Source of the DNA: the human T2T-CHM13v2.0 reference genome, Homo sapiens
DNA length: 64,000 nucleotides
Assembly: GCF_009914755.1 (NCBI RefSeq)
Contig: NC_060935.1
Direction: 5' to 3' (one strand)
Under the pieces are notes generated by a model. That model did not search any database and had not been told where the DNA came from. It saw only the letters and a list, made by a program, of their open reading frames with translations. This document shows positions 56,578 to 64,000 of the stretch, piece by piece. The first letter of the stretch is position 1, and every line of letters starts with the position of its first letter. The position numbers and the translations under genes were made by a program.

Positions 56578-57529
56578 CTAAGATAGATCCCTCTCTACCT
56601 GAGGTCCTTTCTGAGGAGTTCTATTGTTTAACAAACAGAATCCAAAAGGTAAACTCTTAAGACACTAATAACAGCCTTTTACTTGAAGAGTCAACAAAGT
56701 ACTTTACATTTTTCTGAGGACTTACCAAGGTGTTTTATAGTTGTTTACTCCATCTTTACCCCGAGGCAGTGTTTTACTTAGAGAAACTTTTGTTGACTGG
56801 AAACTCTGCCTTAGGCCCTCAAAATCCTCTTAAATTCTCTTTGAAAACTAATAGTTTATTCTTCTGTAGTTCATTTCTCCATATTATATTTTATTATAGA
56901 AAGTTAGAAGAAGCAGTTAAAACTTTTAAAATTCTGCCTGGAATTGTCTATAGCTAGATCCTTGACTTAGTGGGTACATTTCCTATTTTCTACCTTATCT
57001 CAGACAACAGTGCTGTCGAAATTTCCACCACTCCCTAAGAAGAGTTTTTTTCCCCAGCCTCCAATAATATTTTTCTCACTTTCCTTCAAGTTTTACCAAC
57101 TACTTCCTCAAAGTCCTTTCAGTCTCTTCCAACAACCAGGTCTCAATGCCAACATATGTTTTAGATTTTAATTATAGCAGCAATACACTACCAGGTATTA
57201 GATTCTTTTTAAGTTAACAAATAACTTTTAAACCATATACTGATTTTTTTTTCAGAAGATATGTATCTTCTGGTTTTCAGCATAGTTGATGCTGAATGCA
57301 GACAAATATTTTATTAGTTATAAGTGATATACTCATCATTAGCTTTATTCAGAAATGAACATTTAATATCAAATTTTTATTAAATGTACAGAAAATGCAC
57401 TTTAAAAAATTTCTTGAGAAGTTTTCACTATAAAATAAAAGCATGTTTCTAAACCAGAAAAAGAATAAGTAAACGTCATTTGATAAAAGACAAAAATCTC
57501 TGTAGCAAGAGTCTTCAAATTATACTATT

Positions 57530-57822
57530 CATTTATTTCTTTATTATTAAGATAAGTTCTCACTATGTCACCCAGGCTAGAATGCAGTAGTGCAATCAAG
57601 ACTCACTGCAGCCTCAAGCAATCCTCCCACCTCAGCCTCCCAAGTAGCAGGGAGTAGAGGTGCACACCACCATACCCAGCTAATTTTTGTAGTTTTTTTT
57701 TGTAGATACAGAGTCTCACCATGTTTTCCAGGCTGGTCTCTAACTCCTGGATGCATGCAATCCTCCTGCCTCAGCCTCCCAGAGGGCTGGGATTACAGGC
57801 ATGAGCCACCACACTTGGGCCA
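57530..57822 (-). mobile_element. AluJ with small internal deletion
   Basis: Diverged Alu dimer. Confidence 0.82.
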
Positions 57823-59478
57823 AACTACTGTTTAACACCTCATGGTTGCTCTTCATCTACTAAAAGAAGGGTAAATATTTCTCTTTTTACTGAAAACACA
57901 ATGTTTTTGTAATACATTGAGTTTGTGCACAACTGAAGATTGATTCTGCTTCCTAATTATTGTCTAAGAATGATTCAAAATAATTATAAAACGAAAATAT
58001 TATATCTATTATATGTCTTCTAATATTTGTCTGGCTTTTAGCCAACAGTTCTATATAACTGGTCAATCATTCAGATACCTCAGGGCACTCTGCTCAACTA
58101 ATTTACTATAACCTACTTAGAATTTACCCTGTTTAAAGTTAGAAGTTATGTGATTTTTTTTAGGCTTTATTAATTAAGGCTATGGCAAACCTTGTTGATT
58201 GTGAGCCAATATGCATTCTTCTTAGTTGCAAAGTAATAAAATATTAAGCCAGGAAGATTCTGTCCGGAATACAAATCCTGTTCCCCAGCATGCCCTAAAG
58301 CTGGATGTGGCCATGAGAATAAGAACTAGTCCATGTTTCATAGGGCAGCTTTTAGTGGTGTTCTTTGTTCTCTCCCTTTTTATCCCTTTCTTCACTGCCT
58401 GGAACAAGGACATCATCACCTTGCTCCATGCAATGAGCATCGCATCCTGGGGGCAGGAACTCAGGTTTCTAATTAAAGTGTTGAGGCAAAATAAAAGCAT
58501 TTTCAATTTAAGACTGAAAATTTTTTCTTCTCTCATACTCCTGAGAAAAATAGCAAGAGACGCACTCCAACAAAATAGGAAAAATAATTCAAGGAAGATA
58601 GGGGATTTAAGAATGCTAACAGCTAACTTTGTGGTAGGGAAGTATATTGAAATTCTGTTGGAGGAGCAGACCTTCACTGAAGTAGGAGCTCTACAGAAAT
58701 GCCCTTACGTAGAAAATTAAAGCTCTTTAGAAATGCCATCATGTAGAAAATAGATTCCATAATTTCAACACTATAAATAAGATAGGAAAGCTATGTGATA
58801 GGATGAAAGCAATGTACATTATTTGGGTGACGGCTACACTAAAAACCTAGACATCACCGCTACACAATATACCCATGTAACAAAACTTCACTTGTACTGC
58901 CTAAATCTATATAAAAAAATTTTTAAAGAAAAAATAAATAAGCAAATTAGTGAATCTGCTTGTCAAGAATTGACAAGATGGAAGAAAGACATTTTATGTG
59001 ATCAATCTTGACAGTTAGAAGTTGTTGTTCAAATGGAAAGGATTTGGTGATATAGAATCACATATATGTTACAATTTCCCCTATTGTTCTACATATTAAT
59101 TGGTTCCTCAATAAACAACATGTTGATTATATTTATCAGTTTTTCATTTACAGATTTAACATGGCTACGAATTAGAGAAGACTGGATTTTAGCTACAGAA
59201 AAATGTAAGTATTCTCTACCCTCAAAACAAAAAAGCAATATATATTCCTGACAATTTTAAAGGAGGGTGTGAGGAGGAAAAGTGATAGAATGATAAATAT
59301 GCAAATATCTTCATTTTACATAATAGGGAGTCGAGGACGCTGTCTAAAATTGATGCAACAAAAAATTTAGTATATTATAAATTTATATAAGAAGTATAGT
59401 TCTAATAGAATCATCAAAACCAGCAAAAGTATGAGGATGACAGATAGTGTAAGTCAACTAACATTAACTCCTCAATTG

Positions 59479-59560
59479 TCATTGTGGAAAGTAAATAGAT
59501 ATTGTCTGAATTTGATAGATCATTGTGGAAAGTAAATAGATATTGTCTGAATTTGATAGA
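59479..59560. repeat. Perfect 41-bp tandem duplication
   Basis: TCATTGTGGAAAGTAAATAGATATTGTCTGAATTTGATAGA occurs twice in tandem. Confidence 0.95.
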
Positions 59561-62267
59561 TCAAGAAATAGAATTATACACATTTTATTAATAGTCGAGG
59601 TGACCACTGAAAGAAATAAAATTAGATATGCTTATAAGTAATTGCTGGGGAGTAAAAGTGGGGAAGAAAAGAAAAGGGGAACCTGTTCCTTTTCATTTAT
59701 GTAATCCTGTGCTCTTTTTTGTAACTATATAAATATATTATTCTGAAAAAATAGAAGTAATAGAAGCCATTTTTCTAATACTGTAGACTCATAATATTAA
59801 ACCCTGTGTTGGTAAAATTTCAGGCTCAGGCATGGGCAATGATTTGGTCTGATTTATCTCAATACATTTCAACCAATATTTGTTAAGTTTCTACTCTGCT
59901 AAGCCTATTCCATTCTTCTTGAAATCTCTGCTTAAATGTTTTTTTCCTCCAAGAGGCTATTTCTAGCTTTTTAGTTTAGGTTATATTTTCCTAATCTCTG
60001 TTCCCATTTTACGTGTTTATTTATTGCCTGCATTCCCTCCTAGACTTTAAGCTCTGTAAAGGTAGGTACCACCACTTTTATTTAGTTTTATCCTGCTCCA
60101 CAATAGAATTAAATCATCTTCTGAAGTGCAGCATCAAATAAAGGCAGAACTGAACACTGGCGAGTGACTCAGAGATTCAGAGTGCTTTAGCAAAAGAAGG
60201 TGAAAGTCATGAAGTAAAAGAGGCATTTAAAAGTGGTATAGGCAGCATTGTATCTTAACATACTGACAATAATAACATAGTCTAGATGGATATCTTTTAA
60301 GGATTCCTGCACTGAAGCAATGTATACTGAATACCTAAGAAGTTTTAGAAAAGATGAATCTTAGAGTCTTTCTTCATCTTTACAACACGGTTAGTTACGT
60401 GTAACTTTTCCAATTTTGTAGTAAGGTCATGCTGGGCTGAGAGTGGCTCAGTAATTTGCTGTATGTCATACAGCAAAAAAAATTTACAGTCTTATTTTCA
60501 ATTCACATGTACCTTATTTCAAAGCCACATTGCCCTTAAACTTTTAAAACTCATATTATTTTATAACACCCTAAAATTTGCCCTTAAAGAAAATATATAT
60601 CCTATGACCCGACCCAATTACTGAATGTACCAAACAACAAACAAACAAACAAAAAACTCGGTAGCAGCCATAACCAAGTCCAGATGCTCAGTCTCCTTTG
60701 AGTAACAGGATACTTATTTAGCAAAGTCTCATGAACTTTTATATTTAGATTAGCTAGTAATTTGTGCTCTTGCTGTTGTGGTCTGTAAGTTGAATAGAAG
60801 GAAACCAAAATAGCTTTCATTTTTTGTCCCATTTCTGTCTGTACTTACCATGACAGTTACTGCAGAACAAGTGCTGTTCCAAATGATTTTTCAGCAAAAG
60901 GTCATCTTATCAGATGCTAGGCATTTAGTTCTGTGTATGTTTTTCTGCTTTGACTACGATTATGAAAATGAGGCTGTTTCTGTCCAGTAGAAACCTTTGA
61001 AAGACTGTGTTATGAGTCTAAACTTGACAATCTACCTGTTAAAACAGTAAAAATGACTTTTCTGGTTTTTAATTTAGAAACCTTTTTCTCGGCCATGACT
61101 CCTAAATAAAAATCCTTCGAAATAACATTTCTAACCTCTGCAGATTATAAAAATAATATATGATCATTGTAAAAAACTTACAATACACAAAAAATATAAG
61201 TAAATTTTCAGTGGTTTTACAAATACACCTTTAGTAAGTTTTTAATAACCTTCAATGTAAGTATTAATAATGTCACAATAGAGAAATTTACAGATGACAA
61301 TACATCACCAGAATTACATTTAGATACCTCAAATGTAAATATGGTTGAGGCATTGTAGCCCCTGAACTGAAAATAGTTGGATAAATACTCAAATTTGGAT
61401 AGCAGAAGTACTGCTTAAAAAAAAAAAAAAAAGCTCTCACCATCATTATTTTCTCTCTTTCCTGCAGCATTATTCCATTGTCATGATGAAAAAGCAGAGT
61501 GTCAGATTTAACCAATGTCATATACCTACTACTGAAAAAGAGACTTGACGACAGTCCTCTGACTTCGGAGTTTGACCCCACATTCCTTAGTCTGTACAGC
61601 ACCTGTCTGATATGGAAAATGAGTCTGCCTGCATTGTATGACTTATGGCACACCCATCAGCCCCTGTACGCCTATTACTTCATTTTTGGTCTTCCTGTGG
61701 TAAATATTAGAGTTAGTCCATTGAGTTGAAAAATATTTAAAAATTTCTCTGCATTTTAAGCATTGTGGCTGTTAAAAGTAACATTAGTTATTAACCTACT
61801 GAAAATTTCTTTTCAACTAGTTCTTTATTTCATTTCAACCACTGTTCCCACTGTCACTGCCTTAGTTCAGGCTCTCAAAATTACTCTTCTGCATAATTAT
61901 AATAGCAATCATTTATTCACTTAATAACTATTTATAACTACTATATTCCAGGCACTGTGTTTGGTGATAGTAATTAAAAAAAGACATGTTTCCAGTTCTT
62001 AAATTATATTGATAAGCCTATGAAATTTCAGCCTCTTAGAGGAGGAATCCTAAGTGGGATCTAAGCCTCCATTCTTACCCTGCCTATATCCTTCATGCTG
62101 CTGGATCATCTTTCTTTTGTGTTTAAAAGCTGTCTTTGACTTCCCATTTAAGCTTGTTGCAGGATAAGAGCTGGGACTCAGGAGAGAGATAGAGGCTTGG
62201 CTCTTACCACTTATTAGCTATGTGATCTGAATCCATTTATATAAACTTTTCAGTTTCTTATGGTTTC

Positions 62268-62657
62268 TGTCTTAGTCTGTTTTGCATTGCTATAACATAA
62301 TACCACGCACTGGGTAGTTTATAAAGAAAAAAATAATTTCTCACAGTTCTGGAGGCTGGAAAATCCAATGTCTAGACGCTGGCACCTGGTGAGGGTCTTC
62401 TTGCTGCAACATCTCATGGCAGAAGGCAGAAAGGCAACAAAGCATGCACATGAGAGAGGAAAGAGGCGGAAGTAATTTTTTTGTAAGGAACCCACTCCTG
62501 TGCCAACTAACCCACTCCCATGATAACAGCATTCACCCAATTACAAGGGCAGAGACCTCATGAACTAATCACCTATTCAAGGTCTCAACTCTCAACATAG
62601 TTGCATAATGAATTGTTTCCAACACACAAACTTTGGAGGAAACGTTCAAACCATCGC
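62268..62657 (-). mobile_element. MST/MLT1A-like solo LTR inserted in a MIR
   Basis: TGTCTTAGTCTGTTTTGCATTGCTATAAC…CTCACAGTTCTGGAGGCTGG…TTCAAACCATCGCA, with MIR halves either side. Confidence 0.8.
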
Positions 62658-63183
62658 AGTTTCTAAGCTCATTTGTCATTTTAATAAGTATTTTCTTCTT
62701 GTAGACTTGGTGTGGGGATTAAATTAAATAATGTATATAAAGCACATAACAAAGTGTCTGAAAAACAGTAAGTGTGCAATGAATGTTCAACATTATTGTC
62801 ATTTAATGAACTTGTCCTTCTCTCTGCAGCCTTTCCTCTCATCCTTTCCCCAAATGACCCCTACTACTGACTATACCAAATTACTTGTAGAATTAACATA
62901 CAGAGTCCCTCATGCCCTATATATTGCCATAGAATCACATGGGGGGGGACAATTGATACCATTAATTTAGTTAATTGAATCAGTTACTTGATAAACAACA
63001 GTAAGCAAAGATTAATGAGGTACAGTAAATTTTCGGACATGGCAAGATGCTCTTTGTCAGCATCTAAAACTAGAATATACTCATGGAATAATAATTTCTC
63101 CTTCTTGAAGCTTGAGTAGGAAAGAGCATATTTCAGAAGACAATAAACTGGTGAGATATAATTAATTTTAAATATTCTAGGAC

Positions 63184-63533
63184 CTTGCTCTTCAAAGTGT
63201 AGTCCCTGAAACTACAATATCTACTTCTCATAGAGGCTTATTAGAAATCACAATTTCATGTCTCACCCTAAATCTACTGAATTTAATCTGCATTTTAACA
63301 TGATATTCAAGTGATTAATACAACATTAAAGATTGAGAAGAAATACTGTCTGGGACAGTGGTTGCCAAACTTGGCCACACAGTAGAATCAATTGAGCAGC
63401 TCATAAACACAACACACACGATTTTCAGGATCCAAACTCAGAGGCTCTACTTTAATTGAGAAGAGTTTAAGGATAGGTATTGTTTAAAGCTTTTCAGGTA
63501 ATTCTAAAGTATAGCTGTGGTTGAGAATCAGCG
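63184..63533. mobile_element. Two adjacent MER5-family (hAT) MITEs
   Basis: TCAAAGTGTAGTCC…TCTGCATTTTAACA…GAGAA and CAGTGGTTGCCAAACTTGG…GTTGAGAATCA. Confidence 0.65.
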
Positions 63534-63838
63534 CTGGGAACGTATAGCTATATCATGCAGCAATAGAACCCCAGTATTTCCCTAGAGCACTTTATGCATA
63601 GACCCAATAATTTATGGACCCTCTCACCACATTCTATCCCCACATGACAGGAGTTATGAACAAAGAGACATGGCCACTCTTCTGCAGAGCAACAGTAACT
63701 AAAAAGAAAAAAGAAAAACCTTGGAAATTTAATTAAAATTGATAATTTTAGGAGATACTAGATGAGATGGAGGAAGACTAAATATGTATAAATTTTGTAG
63801 GAAAAAAGTGACTGATCTAGAGAAAATGAAAACATACA

Positions 63839-64000
63839 GTGCAATGGACTGAACGTTTGTGTCTTCTTAAAATTCATATGTGGAAGCCCTACTCCCAGTG
63901 CGATGGCATTTAGGAGGAGGTGTCTTTGGAAAGTAATTAGGTAATAAGAGTTGAGCCCTCATTAATGGAATTAGTGTCTTTATAGGAAAAGACCAGAATG
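63839..64000 (+). mobile_element. MLT1A0-like LTR, truncated by the window end
   Basis: TGCAATGGACTGAACGTTTGTGTC…AAATTCATATGT. Confidence 0.75.

Noticed and set aside
58222-58720. Overlapping antiparallel 164-aa and 151-aa ORFs
   Set aside because: TTG and GTG starts, no recognisable domain or splice structure, and part of the region resembles an old LTR fragment; probably chance.

Overview
Primate (human-like; AluY, THE1 and L1P elements present) genomic DNA spanning the 5' end and about 57 kb of upstream sequence of NOX4 (NADPH oxidase 4), which lies on the minus strand. Coding exon 1 (6946-6890) and exon 2 (6249-6154) are present; positions 1-6153 are intron 2, and exon 3 lies beyond position 1. 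The promoter is a CpG island with a (CA)n tract, a candidate HIF site, and an AP-1/SMAD composite box at 11842-11856. About 7 kb upstream is a processed H3-3A (H3.3) pseudogene with an internal 60-bp tandem duplication, inserted into an L2 element. The remainder is repeat-dense: more than ten Alus, L1 fragments, MIR/L2, two THE1-type elements with target-site duplications (TSDs), nested MLT1 elements and MER5. Almost all ORFs in the supplied track are repeat-derived or low-complexity noise. I found no convincing new biological system. The best leads are candidate cryptic or alternative NOX4 exons, including a 120-nt exon with one in-frame stop, the history of the H3.3 retrocopy, and regulatory motifs. 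Gene, subfamily and literature statements are from memory and were not checked against databases.
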